Of a DNA stretch of 64,000 nt, positions 19,197 to 29,352 are shown one piece after another (the stretch's first letter is position 1; every line of letters starts with the position of its first letter). Where the stretch lies: the sequence record NC_026927.1; one strand, 5' to 3'. The translations under genes were made by a program, and so were the position numbers. The notes under the pieces are model-generated. The model was not told the origin of the DNA. It ran no database searches and saw nothing but the letters and a program-made list of their open reading frames with translations.

Positions 19197-22100
19197 TTGC
19201 CCCTTAATAAGTTAGAGAATTTCATTAAGAATACGGATGGACGTACTCTGTATGTTAATCCAAACGATCTTAATGCTACTGATAGTATTACAAACCAAGG
19301 CACTTCCCTTACAGAACCCTTCAGAACTATTCAGAGGGCGTTAATTGAGAGTGCGCGTTTCTCATATGTGCGTGGTGATGATAATGATCTCATCGAGAGA
19401 ACCACCATCATGGTGTATCCCGGTGAGCATCCTATCGATAACCGTCCTGGTTTCGGTATTAAGACAGTAGGTAATAGTCCGGTAGCGGTAACTCCTTCAG
19501 GTGAATTGATTGATCCGTTCCAAGCATTTAACCTGACTGATGCTAGTAACTTTGATATTGAGTCTAGTAATAACGTTCTCTATAGATTTAACAGTATCCA
19601 CGGTGGTGTGATTGTTCCCCGTGGTACTTCTATCGTAGGTATGGATCTACGTAAGACAAAGATTCGTCCGATATATGTTCCCAACCCCACTGATGATTCA
19701 GTAGATTACTCAGCGATCTTCCGTATCACAGGTACTTGCTACTTCTGGCAGTTCACCATCTTCGATGGTAATGAGAATGGTGTAGTATTCACTGATCCAA
19801 GAGATTTCTCTGAGAATAACCAGTCCAGACCCACTTTCTCACACCACAAACTAACAGCATTTGAATACGCTGATGGTGTTAACCCAGCGGTAGAATCAGG
19901 GTTTGAACTTACTGACCTTGCTATGTATTATAGTAAGTTGTCTAACGCATATAATGAAGCATCTGGTCGTCCTATTGATGAGAAGTATCCATCAGATCCT
20001 GGTGGTTTTTCACCACAACGTCCTGAGTTTGAGATTGTTGGTGCATTCGCAACTGACCCAATCAATATCACTCGTTTAATCTCTGGTGATGGTTTTGTCC
20101 CTGATGCTGTCATCACAGTAGATACACAGGTCCCACATGAACTAAACACTGGAACACCAATTAAGATTCGTGGTGTTGCCATCAGTGACTATAATATCTC
20201 TACAAAAGTATCTGCAGTTCTTAGTCCTACTAGGTTTACGTATAACCTATCATTCGTAAGACCTAACCTACCAGCAGAACCTTCAGTATCCTCTGCAACT
20301 GTAACCGTTGAGACTGATACTGTAACAGGTGCTTCACCATACATCTTTAACTGTTCGATGAGATCAGTTTGGGGTATCAATGGAATGCACGCCGATGGTG
20401 CCAAAGCAACTGGATTCCGTTCCATGGTTGTTGCTCAGTTCACCGCGATCTCCCTTCAAAAAGATGATAGATCCTTCGTTACTTATAATAAACAGGCACG
20501 TAGATACGATGGTATCAATGTCAATAAGACTGTAAGGGGTGCTGAACTATCTGCACAGTCATCTTCTACCAACTCAGCAACTGTATACCACCTAGATCCT
20601 GACGCTATCTATCGTCCTGACTGGGGTACAACTCACATCAAGATGAGTAATGATGCAGTCATTCAGATTGTGTCTGTATTCGCTATTGGTTTCAATCAAC
20701 ACTTTGCTTCTATTGGTGGAGCTGATGCATCAATCACAAACTCTAACTCCAACTTTGGTCAGTTTGCACTGAAAGCTGATGGATTCAAGAATGATGCTTT
20801 CCTCAAAGATGATAAAGGTTTCCTAACATCATTTGTTTCTCCTAAGAGTGCGTATAACCCAGAAACTGATGATATTGAGATCATTGACTGGATCAACATT
20901 GACTTTGATCTAACTCGTAGTATTGCCTTTGCTAATCAACTCTATCTGACTGGTTATACTAACGCGGAAGATAAACCACCAGTAGTTAATCAGGGTTTCC
21001 GAATTGGTGCCAACTACAAAGAGAGTCTCATTCAGAGAACAACAGTTGGTGCTGGTGCAGATGTAACCTCATCAGTAAGAATGTGTGATAATATTCTCGG
21101 TCCTGGTAACAATCAAGCCAATGGTAGTAGTGTTGCTAGGAAAGTATATCAAGTTCTAGCAGGACCTATCAACAATACCCTCTCACTGGGTGTTCATGGA
21201 CTACTTAATGGTGAGAGTGTAAGAGTATTCTCATCAACAGGTGACCTACCTGAGAACCTAGAAAGAGGTGCCCTATACTACGCAAATGTGGTTGATGGTG
21301 AGAATATTCGTATTGCTACTTCCGAGTCTAATGCACTCAACAACATCTTCCTCAACATCTATGGTGGTGTTGAACTTCGTGTTGAGTCTAGAGTTAATGA
21401 TAAGGAAGCAGGTGAAAGAGGTCATCCCGTTCAGTATGACTACACTAACCAGAACTGGTTTGTTCATACTGATGCCAATAGTGATATCTATCAGTATATT
21501 GTAGCCAACCCAACCTCTACAGATGGTATTGACTTTGTATCCATATTCAAGAGATTTGGTGATAACAGGGCACTAGAAGACAAACTATATCGCCTCAGGT
21601 ATGTTATTCCTAAGGAGTCAAGGAACGCAAAACCACCTACCCCTGGTTATGTTCTACAAGCATCAGCAACAACAGGTGCTAGGAATAACGATGACTTTAT
21701 CCTACAGGATATTGGTATCAATGACTATGAATATAACAGAAACCCACGTTATGTTGTAAGTTGTACTGTTATTGCTAATGAAGTTGAGGTTCGTAGTGAG
21801 ATTCCACACAACTTGAATGTTGGTGATAAGATTAAAATAGTGAATGTTGCCAGTACAAATAACACTGGCGCATCACAAATCAAAGGTTTCAATGGTGAGT
21901 TCCTAGTTACTAGAGTTATCAACTCTCGTGAGTTTAGGTATGATATTACTGATGTAAATGGTTTTAGTAGAAATCCTGGTACCTTTACCAACAACATCAA
22001 TGAAAGAAACATTCTTCTACCTCGTTTTGAGAGAAAGGATCTACAGAGTAATGTATTCGTATATCGTATTGAAACTATCACTGATTTCCTAGAAGGTGAG

Positions 22101-25064
22101 AGAGATGGTATCTACCATTTATTCCTTCTTAATGGTTCTAACCCAGTAACAGAGACATTCACTGATATCCAATACAATCAACCTGTGGAAGATTTATATC
22201 CACAGATGGATCCTGATAACCTTATTCAGAACCCCCCTGCAACCACAACGTTTGCTAAGAGGGCACCCCTAGGTGATGTTACTATTGATGAACAACAGAA
22301 CTCCATTACTAAAGAGTCTGTTGATAAAATATACAAGACACTTAATGTTGGTATCATTGAGACTGCTACTGATGGCACTGTTGGTGCTGGTGGAACACGT
22401 ACAACCACACTAACATTCCAAAGAGAGCACGAGTTCAACTCTGTGTATAGTTACACCACACTAGTTGGTGGTGGTGGATATACTGATGGTACTTTCTATG
22501 ATGTTAAACTACTCAGTGAGTTTGGCACAGTATGGGGAGGTGCTTCTGCTGTTGTTACTGTTACTGCTGGTACAGTTACCGCAGTTACTATCATGGATCC
22601 TGGTTCAGGTTATTCTGCAGGTCAGACACTATTCATCGATGGAACTACAATTGGTGGTGGTACTAACGCTACTATTAGTATTACTCAGGCAGACTTAGAG
22701 GATAACAAGCATAGTATCCTACAGATTTCTGGTGGTGCTTTGTATAACCCAGATTCATATGTAGTGATGACCAGTGTTGAGGATCAGTCTTCAGTTGGTG
22801 TTGCTAGAACTTCTGGAAGTCCTGCTATTATTCCTGGTATGTACGCATATCCAGCAGATAGTGGAACAGGTATTTCTTCAACTACATATAACTCCGATAC
22901 AGGTTTAACAACACTAGTATCTACAGGTAGTGCTGGTTTTGGTCTTCAGAGAGGTAACACTTTCGTTGTATTCAGTGATAACTATAGTTATCTTGGTAAG
23001 TTCTTTGTATCTAACGTTCCAACTCCTGACACTTTGGAGTTCTACTCATACAGAGATCTTGGAACTGTATCTATTGTAGGTAAGACAGGTTTAGATGTAA
23101 ATGATGCTAACACTGGTTCCTTAGGTGAGAACGTGGGTGTTAGAGCTACACCACTATATGATAACGGTGTATTCTATCTTGAACAGTCTTCAGGTACTGG
23201 AACACAACTAACAGTTAGGGCTGAGGATGGTGGTGTGGCTGGTAATGTAGACTCTAAGATGTACCTAGGAAGATACTTCCAAATGGGTTCTGAGATTATC
23301 AGAGTTGCTAGTAAGAACTTTGATGGAGCCAATAACAATATCGTAACTGTTATCCGTGGTGCTCTTGGTACCGTTGTTAGCAACCTTCCCATTAATACTA
23401 AGGTGAAGGCAATCAGACCTTCCGCACTAGAACTTAGAAGACCTTCTATTCTACGTGCCTCAGGTCACACCTTTGAATATCTTGGTTATGGTCCTGGTAA
23501 CTATTCCACTTCATTACCACAACTACAGGTTAAGCAACTCCCAGATGATGAAATTTACCTAGTACAGGCTCAGGAACTATCCTGTGGTCAGGTTGTTTAT
23601 ACTGGTATGAGTGATAATGGTGACTTCTATATCGGTAATACCAAGTATTCCGCAACCTCAGGAACACAATCAACCTTTGATGTTCCCATCCCAACTGTTG
23701 CTGGTCAACCAGGTAGTTCTAATAATGTTGTGTTTGATGAAGTTATCATCAACCGTCGTCTATTCGTATCTGGTGGTGAAACTAATGAGGTTCAGTCACA
23801 GTTTGATGGTCCTGTTAAGTTTACCCAGTCTGTTACTATTCAGAACAATCTTTTCGTAACTGGTACAACTCAACTCAATAGAATTGAGATCACCAGTACA
23901 GAGAACGCAACCAGTTCTGCTAATGGTGGAGCACTAACTATCAGAGGTGGTGCTGCTATTGGTAAAGACTTCTATGTTGGTGGTGAAATGTACACCAACG
24001 CATATCAAATAGAAGATACAAGTGCAGTTCTTGAAATTGGTACTAACCAGTCATCTAAGGATATCTCTGTTGGTGGTTCAACTGATACAGATAGAGTTGT
24101 TTTTAATACAACTAAACTAGCAACAGGTGAAGGTGCTGAAGAGGTAGTTAACGCAGACGCTGGTGTTGTTGTTGAGGGTGGATTAGTTGTTCGTGATGTT
24201 ATTATCGCGAAAGAGTTTAGAGGTGCTGGAACTGGTGGTGGTCCTGGTACTATCCTACTCTGGGGTGGTTCTACTAGTGCTCTCCCTGACAGATATCTAC
24301 TCTGCAACGGAGCTACTCTCAATAAAAACACATATAACAAACTATTCGAAGCCATTGGTTATATCCATGGTGGTAGTGGTAATAGTTTTAAGTTACCAGA
24401 TTTGAGAAATAGGTTTATCCCTGGTGCTGGTAGTTCTTATGCGGTAGCTGCAAAAGGTGGGGATGATTCAGTTGTACTAACTGAAACGCAGATGCCACGC
24501 CACACGCACTCAACTTCAGCAGTCAACGCACCACATACTCACCCAGTATCGTTTACTAGTGGAGCGGCAAATGCACCACATAAACACCCAGCTGGCACAG
24601 GTGGCGGTGGAAATCATAACCACCCATCAGGTGGCACAGGTGGTGGTGGTAATCACAATCACCCATCAGGTGGCTCTAACAATACAGGCAACCATGGACA
24701 CCCGTATAGTGCTCCGGGGCAATCCAAAACTGATGTTGCTAATTCTAACGAGAAGAATGTAACTAGCAACGTCAATGCCTCAGGTGCAGGAACCGGTGGT
24801 GGTGGAGCACACTCCCACTCTGTTTCAGTTAACAGTACATCCTCAGCTCATAATCACCCAGTAAGTGTCAACTCTGGATCTTCAGCTCATAATCACCCTG
24901 TTAGTGTTAATTCAGCTAATGCACCACATTCCCACCCAATTAGTGGTAATGCAGGTTCTGCAAACGCACCTCACGTTCACCCAATTGGTAATACTGGTGG
25001 TACTGCTTCCTTTGACAATAGACCCAAATACTACGCTCTCTGCTATATTATCCAATCAGAGTGA
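19197..25064 (+). CDS. Long tail fibre, 1955 aa, with tail-collar domain and HxH needle tip
   Basis: PLNKLENFIKN..LYVNPND..PFRTIQRALIESARFSY N-terminus; collar GTILLWGG..YLLCNG..FKLPDLRNRF; 11 HxH motifs; TTG start. Confidence 0.85.
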   Translation: MPLNKLENFIKNTDGRTLYVNPNDLNATDSITNQGTSLTEPFRTIQRALIESARFSYVRGDDNDLIERTTIMVYPGEHPIDNRPGFGIKTVGNSPVAVTPSGELIDPFQAFNLTDASNFDIESSNNVLYRFNSIHGGVIVPRGTSIVGMDLRKTKIRPIYVPNPTDDSVDYSAIFRITGTCYFWQFTIFDGNENGVVFTDPRDFSENNQSRPTFSHHKLTAFEYADGVNPAVESGFELTDLAMYYSKLSNAYNEASGRPIDEKYPSDPGGFSPQRPEFEIVGAFATDPINITRLISGDGFVPDAVITVDTQVPHELNTGTPIKIRGVAISDYNISTKVSAVLSPTRFTYNLSFVRPNLPAEPSVSSATVTVETDTVTGASPYIFNCSMRSVWGINGMHADGAKATGFRSMVVAQFTAISLQKDDRSFVTYNKQARRYDGINVNKTVRGAELSAQSSSTNSATVYHLDPDAIYRPDWGTTHIKMSNDAVIQIVSVFAIGFNQHFASIGGADASITNSNSNFGQFALKADGFKNDAFLKDDKGFLTSFVSPKSAYNPETDDIEIIDWINIDFDLTRSIAFANQLYLTGYTNAEDKPPVVNQGFRIGANYKESLIQRTTVGAGADVTSSVRMCDNILGPGNNQANGSSVARKVYQVLAGPINNTLSLGVHGLLNGESVRVFSSTGDLPENLERGALYYANVVDGENIRIATSESNALNNIFLNIYGGVELRVESRVNDKEAGERGHPVQYDYTNQNWFVHTDANSDIYQYIVANPTSTDGIDFVSIFKRFGDNRALEDKLYRLRYVIPKESRNAKPPTPGYVLQASATTGARNNDDFILQDIGINDYEYNRNPRYVVSCTVIANEVEVRSEIPHNLNVGDKIKIVNVASTNNTGASQIKGFNGEFLVTRVINSREFRYDITDVNGFSRNPGTFTNNINERNILLPRFERKDLQSNVFVYRIETITDFLEGERDGIYHLFLLNGSNPVTETFTDIQYNQPVEDLYPQMDPDNLIQNPPATTTFAKRAPLGDVTIDEQQNSITKESVDKIYKTLNVGIIETATDGTVGAGGTRTTTLTFQREHEFNSVYSYTTLVGGGGYTDGTFYDVKLLSEFGTVWGGASAVVTVTAGTVTAVTIMDPGSGYSAGQTLFIDGTTIGGGTNATISITQADLEDNKHSILQISGGALYNPDSYVVMTSVEDQSSVGVARTSGSPAIIPGMYAYPADSGTGISSTTYNSDTGLTTLVSTGSAGFGLQRGNTFVVFSDNYSYLGKFFVSNVPTPDTLEFYSYRDLGTVSIVGKTGLDVNDANTGSLGENVGVRATPLYDNGVFYLEQSSGTGTQLTVRAEDGGVAGNVDSKMYLGRYFQMGSEIIRVASKNFDGANNNIVTVIRGALGTVVSNLPINTKVKAIRPSALELRRPSILRASGHTFEYLGYGPGNYSTSLPQLQVKQLPDDEIYLVQAQELSCGQVVYTGMSDNGDFYIGNTKYSATSGTQSTFDVPIPTVAGQPGSSNNVVFDEVIINRRLFVSGGETNEVQSQFDGPVKFTQSVTIQNNLFVTGTTQLNRIEITSTENATSSANGGALTIRGGAAIGKDFYVGGEMYTNAYQIEDTSAVLEIGTNQSSKDISVGGSTDTDRVVFNTTKLATGEGAEEVVNADAGVVVEGGLVVRDVIIAKEFRGAGTGGGPGTILLWGGSTSALPDRYLLCNGATLNKNTYNKLFEAIGYIHGGSGNSFKLPDLRNRFIPGAGSSYAVAAKGGDDSVVLTETQMPRHTHSTSAVNAPHTHPVSFTSGAANAPHKHPAGTGGGGNHNHPSGGTGGGGNHNHPSGGSNNTGNHGHPYSAPGQSKTDVANSNEKNVTSNVNASGAGTGGGGAHSHSVSVNSTSSAHNHPVSVNSGSSAHNHPVSVNSANAPHSHPISGNAGSANAPHVHPIGNTGGTASFDNRPKYYALCYIIQSE
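24594..24671 (+). repeat. 39-nt tandem duplication (GTGGGGNHNHPSG x2)
   Basis: 24594-24632 and 24633-24671. Confidence 0.9.
24840..24917 (+). repeat. 39-nt tandem duplication (SSAHNHPVSVNS[G/A] x2)
   Basis: 24840-24878 and 24879-24917. Confidence 0.9.
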
Positions 25065-25067
25065 TGG

Positions 25068-25075
25068 TATAAATA
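25068..25075 (+). promoter_or_regulatory. Late promoter TATAAATA
   Basis: Exact consensus upstream of ORF 25107. Confidence 0.75.
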
Positions 25076-25106
25076 TCTATAAGGTACTCTAACCATTTTA
25101 TAGATA

Positions 25107-27215
25107 ATGGCGAATTTTAATAAGGCGTTTAACTTTAGAGGTGGCTTCCAAGTTGATGAAGACACCTTTTTGGTGCGCGGTTCTAACGTTGGTATCGGAT
25201 CTTCTGTTCCATCAGAAAGACTAGATGTTGACGGTGTTATTAAAGCTCGCGGTTTAATTATTGACTCCACTGATGTTGTTGCCATTACTACCGCATATGT
25301 TGGTGTTGTAAGTGCAACTGAGGTTCAATCCGGTATATTCACTGGAACTCCAAAAAATGGTGGTATTGCTACTTACTATGGTGATGGATCACAACTAATC
25401 AATCTCCCCACATCTCAGTGGGTTGATATTGATGTAGGATTAGGCTTCACTAGTATCTACGCAGCTGGAAATGTTGGTGTTGATACTGTAGATCCTAGGT
25501 ATAAGTTTCAGGTCGGTGGAGTTCCTTTCAAAACCAAAACTGGTCCCCTCTTACAAGCACAAGATGGTGTAGGTGTTGAGGATGGTAACATTTATTTCTC
25601 TGGTATTGCCTCTGCCAGATTCAAACCCGGTCTAGAAAAGCAGGGTTTTGTGGGTTATGGTTCATATATTAATACATTAAATGCAGCTGAACTCACCACT
25701 GGTGATATTCCTTCATATGCATATGGTGATCTTATTATCACCGAAGAAATTATAGCACCTAAACTAACAGGTATTGCATCAACTGCTATCGGTGTTACAA
25801 CTGATGCTCAGTTATCATTTGATACTGCAGTAGCAAACGAACTTAGAGCAAAGAATAGATTTATCAGTACAGAAGGTTATCTTCAGATTGGTACTGATGA
25901 AGATGTTGCTGGTGTAGGTGATATTGAAGTAGTAAAAGATACAGATAACTCCAACATCTATTCAATATCTAATACTCGAGCACAAATTCTGGTGGGTAAT
26001 GAGAGACCCGGTGGATCTAATCGTGGTATTGGTGGAATAAGGAAGGGCACATTTACTAGTGATCCACTCACATCAGCCACTGATGTAGATTTGGTTAACT
26101 ATGATGTCGGTAACCTAAACTTCTATCTCCATAACGGATCTGGTGGTCAGGGTGCAACAACTGGTAAGTTCCGTTGGATATATGGCCAGAGAGATATTTC
26201 AGTTATGGAGCTGGATAAAGATGGTCAATTAGTTCTACCTGATAATGTAGTGGTTACAGGTCCACTCCTAAGTGTTGGTGGAAGTGCATATCTCAAGAAT
26301 GGTGCTCAGTTAGATGGTGATCTAAATGTTACATCAGGTATTGGTTCTTTCGCTAATGATGTTAATATCTTTGGAGAACTCAGTGTAGGTAGTATCTCAA
26401 TATCTGGTGTTGTTACATTTAGTGGTATTGACACAGATATCCTAACTGTAGGATCAGACACAGTTATTCAATCTGGCATTGCAACCATTGCAAGAATTAT
26501 GGTTGTTAATGATACAACCAATTCAGTAGATATCGATGGTTCTCTTGAGTCATCAACATTAGTAACAACTAACGCTAGTTCTTCCACATTAGTATTCTCA
26601 CAGAGTTTAACAGGACCGAATGGTTTCACAGTATCATCTGATGGTAGTGTAACAGCCTCTAGTGTGGATGTATCAGGTAATATAGGTGCTGGTGGGACTT
26701 TTGAAGGTGTTGATATTGTTACAAACACCGGAAGCATCAACGACCTCACTGTTAGTGAATTAATCGGATCTAAAGTCGATGTTAGTGAGGTCGAAACTGA
26801 TAGTCTCAATGTAGCAAACTCATCCACAGTTAATGACCTAAGTGCTACTAGTATTGAGACCACATCCATTCAGGCAGACACCACTGATTTCAATGCCATG
26901 GAAGCAACTGCCGCAAGTGTGGATAGTTTAGGTTCTAAGAGTGGATCAAAAGTAGATATATCTGATGATCTAGACTTACAGAACAACGATATCGATGGAG
27001 TTAATGAGATAAACGTTGAGAACCTCAACGCAAACGATAGGGTTTCTAGCTCCTTTGGGCGCTATGGTATTACTAACAACAACTACGTTTCTATTGATTA
27101 TGGGGACAGAGGTTTCGGTAGTCAAGATCTTCCAGCTATTACTTTCGAGGTGTTTGATGATAACAACGTTTCCCTAGGACAGACATACTTCAAACTATAT
27201 ACCCCTGTCCCCTGA
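25107..27215 (+). CDS. Virion structural / fibre-like protein
   Basis: NVGIGSSVPSERLDV and NVGVDT..P..KFQV fibre repeats; beta-strand-rich C-terminus. Confidence 0.7.
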   Translation: MANFNKAFNFRGGFQVDEDTFLVRGSNVGIGSSVPSERLDVDGVIKARGLIIDSTDVVAITTAYVGVVSATEVQSGIFTGTPKNGGIATYYGDGSQLINLPTSQWVDIDVGLGFTSIYAAGNVGVDTVDPRYKFQVGGVPFKTKTGPLLQAQDGVGVEDGNIYFSGIASARFKPGLEKQGFVGYGSYINTLNAAELTTGDIPSYAYGDLIITEEIIAPKLTGIASTAIGVTTDAQLSFDTAVANELRAKNRFISTEGYLQIGTDEDVAGVGDIEVVKDTDNSNIYSISNTRAQILVGNERPGGSNRGIGGIRKGTFTSDPLTSATDVDLVNYDVGNLNFYLHNGSGGQGATTGKFRWIYGQRDISVMELDKDGQLVLPDNVVVTGPLLSVGGSAYLKNGAQLDGDLNVTSGIGSFANDVNIFGELSVGSISISGVVTFSGIDTDILTVGSDTVIQSGIATIARIMVVNDTTNSVDIDGSLESSTLVTTNASSSTLVFSQSLTGPNGFTVSSDGSVTASSVDVSGNIGAGGTFEGVDIVTNTGSINDLTVSELIGSKVDVSEVETDSLNVANSSTVNDLSATSIETTSIQADTTDFNAMEATAASVDSLGSKSGSKVDISDDLDLQNNDIDGVNEINVENLNANDRVSSSFGRYGITNNNYVSIDYGDRGFGSQDLPAITFEVFDDNNVSLGQTYFKLYTPVP

Positions 27216-27222
27216 AGAATAA

Positions 27223-27290
27223 TGTGACAGTCGACAAACTGGCACAGGGGGGTTGGCAAACCCCCTTTTTTGTGCTATAATAACAGGGTA
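27223..27290 (+). promoter_or_regulatory. Cassette copy 1
   Basis: TGTGACAGT-CGACAA-ACTGGCACA; TTGGCA-17-TATAAT; G6/C5 hairpin + T6. Confidence 0.85.
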
Positions 27291-27314
27291 GTCAAACAGA
27301 GAGGTTAGGTTCTA

Positions 27315-27665
27315 GTGGGTTTCCTGAAGTCTCTGTTTGCTACTGCCTTGGTGGGTATTGTTGGTGTGGTGTCTCCCGCCGAGGCAAGTGTAGGTGGCAA
27401 TATGTCTCCAGTCGTAGAGGGTATGTGTATAAAGTACACACCCTTTGGTGATTTGCCCTGTAAGATTAGAGTATACGATAGTGAAGAACTAGTGTATATT
27501 ACAGATGGTCATAATACTATGACATATACCAAGCACCCATTCATACCATATGCGTGGACAATGTATGTGAATGAACAACGGATATCTAATATGTTATGCT
27601 CCCTAGATAAGTATAACTTCTCTTGTTTCACCTCAATCCAATTTGTTCCTGATTATGAAAACTAA
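27315..27665 (+). CDS. Hypothetical exported protein
   Basis: GTG start, signal peptide ending PAEA. Confidence 0.65.
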   Translation: MGFLKSLFATALVGIVGVVSPAEASVGGNMSPVVEGMCIKYTPFGDLPCKIRVYDSEELVYITDGHNTMTYTKHPFIPYAWTMYVNEQRISNMLCSLDKYNFSCFTSIQFVPDYEN

Positions 27666-27987
27666 ATCATTGATGCTCACCAGTTTGATGGTGGCAACGA
27701 TAACCGCATCACCTGTCATGGCGTACGGATATCGCCAACCATACTATCAACAACCCCCAGTTGTTATTCAACAGCCAGCACCTGTTATCATTCAACAACC
27801 AAGACCCAGTACCCTAGAAACTGTTTTGGGTATTGCAGTTATTGGTGCAGGTTTATACTGGAATAGTCCAGCATATCAGAATGATCATGGATATTATAAT
27901 GGAAATAGAAACCATCATCACAACCAATACCAAGGTGGCAAAACATATGTAATTTGTAATGATTACGGACGGAGGTATTACTGCTGA
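27655..27987 (+). CDS. Hypothetical exported protein
   Basis: Signal peptide MKTKSLML..SPVMA; Q/P/H-rich. Confidence 0.65.
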   Translation: MKTKSLMLTSLMVATITASPVMAYGYRQPYYQQPPVVIQQPAPVIIQQPRPSTLETVLGIAVIGAGLYWNSPAYQNDHGYYNGNRNHHHNQYQGGKTYVICNDYGRRYYC

Positions 27988-28196
27988 TGGATTTTGTGGC
28001 ATTTATGATTGATAAGGAAAACGCCTTATCACTGATACAATCACTTCACGAATCTGCCGATAAGTGTAGTAAAGATGGAAGACGAATTATGGAAGCAAAC
28101 TATACCAAACTAGCAGACATGATGATGGAACAATACCTAGTATCAGAGAGTATCCACAGGAAGAGAAAAAGAAATAACGGAGATTATATCGGCTAA
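27987..28196 (+). CDS. Hypothetical protein
   Basis: Coupled ORF in chain. Confidence 0.55.
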   Translation: MDFVAFMIDKENALSLIQSLHESADKCSKDGRRIMEANYTKLADMMMEQYLVSESIHRKRKRNNGDYIG

Positions 28197-28768
28197 TGAT
28201 TGACTATCTTACCATCCCTAATAGCTTATCAGACAAACTTTGTGACGACATCATTCACAAGTTTGACAGTGATGATAGAGTTGATTATGGTAAAATTAAT
28301 ATGGGAGATGTTGATACTGAGGTCAAAAGATGTAAAGAGTTGTTCATATCAATCCTAGATAACTGGCGAGATCTTGACAATCAGGTATTCAATGCGTCGG
28401 TGAAAGGGTTAAGTCAATACCGTGAGTACATTAATGAGTTATACGATGCCGATTATCTTCTAGGATCAGATAATTCTGATCAAGGTTACCGGGTAAAGAG
28501 ATACGATATTGGTGAAGATTACTTTCATTGGCATCATGATCTACGCATAGATGAAAACCGTAGGATGAGATCAGTTGCCTTCATATGGTATCTAAATGAT
28601 GTGGAAGAGGGTGGTGAAACAGAATTTAGTAATGGTCTAAAGATACGTCCAGAGAAAGGTAAACTACTTCTATTTCCATCTACATGGAACAACGTACACA
28701 GAGGGAATACACCAATAAGTAATACGAAGTATGCTATTACTAGTTTCCTCTATTCCTCCTACGATTAG
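28196..28768 (+). CDS. 2OG-Fe(II) oxygenase (prolyl-4-hydroxylase-like)
   Basis: FHWHHD, IWYLNDVEEGGETEF, FPSTWNNVHRG, KYAITSF. Confidence 0.9.
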   Translation: MIDYLTIPNSLSDKLCDDIIHKFDSDDRVDYGKINMGDVDTEVKRCKELFISILDNWRDLDNQVFNASVKGLSQYREYINELYDADYLLGSDNSDQGYRVKRYDIGEDYFHWHHDLRIDENRRMRSVAFIWYLNDVEEGGETEFSNGLKIRPEKGKLLLFPSTWNNVHRGNTPISNTKYAITSFLYSSYD

Positions 28769-28797
28769 GTGATATATACTAAGTATGGGATACTTCA

Positions 28798-29352
28798 GTG
28801 ACAAAGGGTTATCGAATCAGGGGAGACTTTATTGCAAGTCTCATTAAACAACACGACTGTAAGATTGGTTATGAAATTGGGGTATCCAATGGTGCAACTT
28901 TTGGTAAGATCTTAAAGAAATGTGATAATATTGAGTGGCATGGTGTAGATCCATGGGTTGTATGTTCCGAGTATGATAAACGCCCCAATGGTAAGGGTAA
29001 GTGGAATCATGATGGTAACTATAAGAAAGTTCAGGAGATTGTTAGTAAGTATCCAAAGCGTGCATATACCCACCGCATGACCTCTGTAGAGGCTGCAAAG
29101 GAGGTAGAGGATAGAAGTATTGATATTATCTTTATAGACGGTCTGCACACCTACGAGGGGGTGAAGGAAGATCTAGAGGCTTGGGTGCCAAAGATCAAAA
29201 TAGGTGGTATAATCTCTGGACATGACTATAAAGGTATGAAGAGACATGAGGGTGTGACTATACGAGTGAATGAAGTATTTGGTGAAGAAAACATTACTAC
29301 TGGTCCAGATGTGACCTGGTGGTTATACAAAACGGAGGAACACGATGACTGA
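28798..29352 (+). CDS. SAM-dependent methyltransferase (Methyltransf_24-like)
   Basis: YEIGVSNG, GVDPW, DIIFIDGLHTYEGV, GGIISGHDY. Confidence 0.85.
   Translation: MTKGYRIRGDFIASLIKQHDCKIGYEIGVSNGATFGKILKKCDNIEWHGVDPWVVCSEYDKRPNGKGKWNHDGNYKKVQEIVSKYPKRAYTHRMTSVEAAKEVEDRSIDIIFIDGLHTYEGVKEDLEAWVPKIKIGGIISGHDYKGMKRHEGVTIRVNEVFGEENITTGPDVTWWLYKTEEHDD

Noticed and set aside
19197-25064. Diversity-generating retroelement acting on the fibre tip
   Set aside because: No reverse transcriptase or template/variable repeat pair; tip repeats are short in-frame tandem duplications
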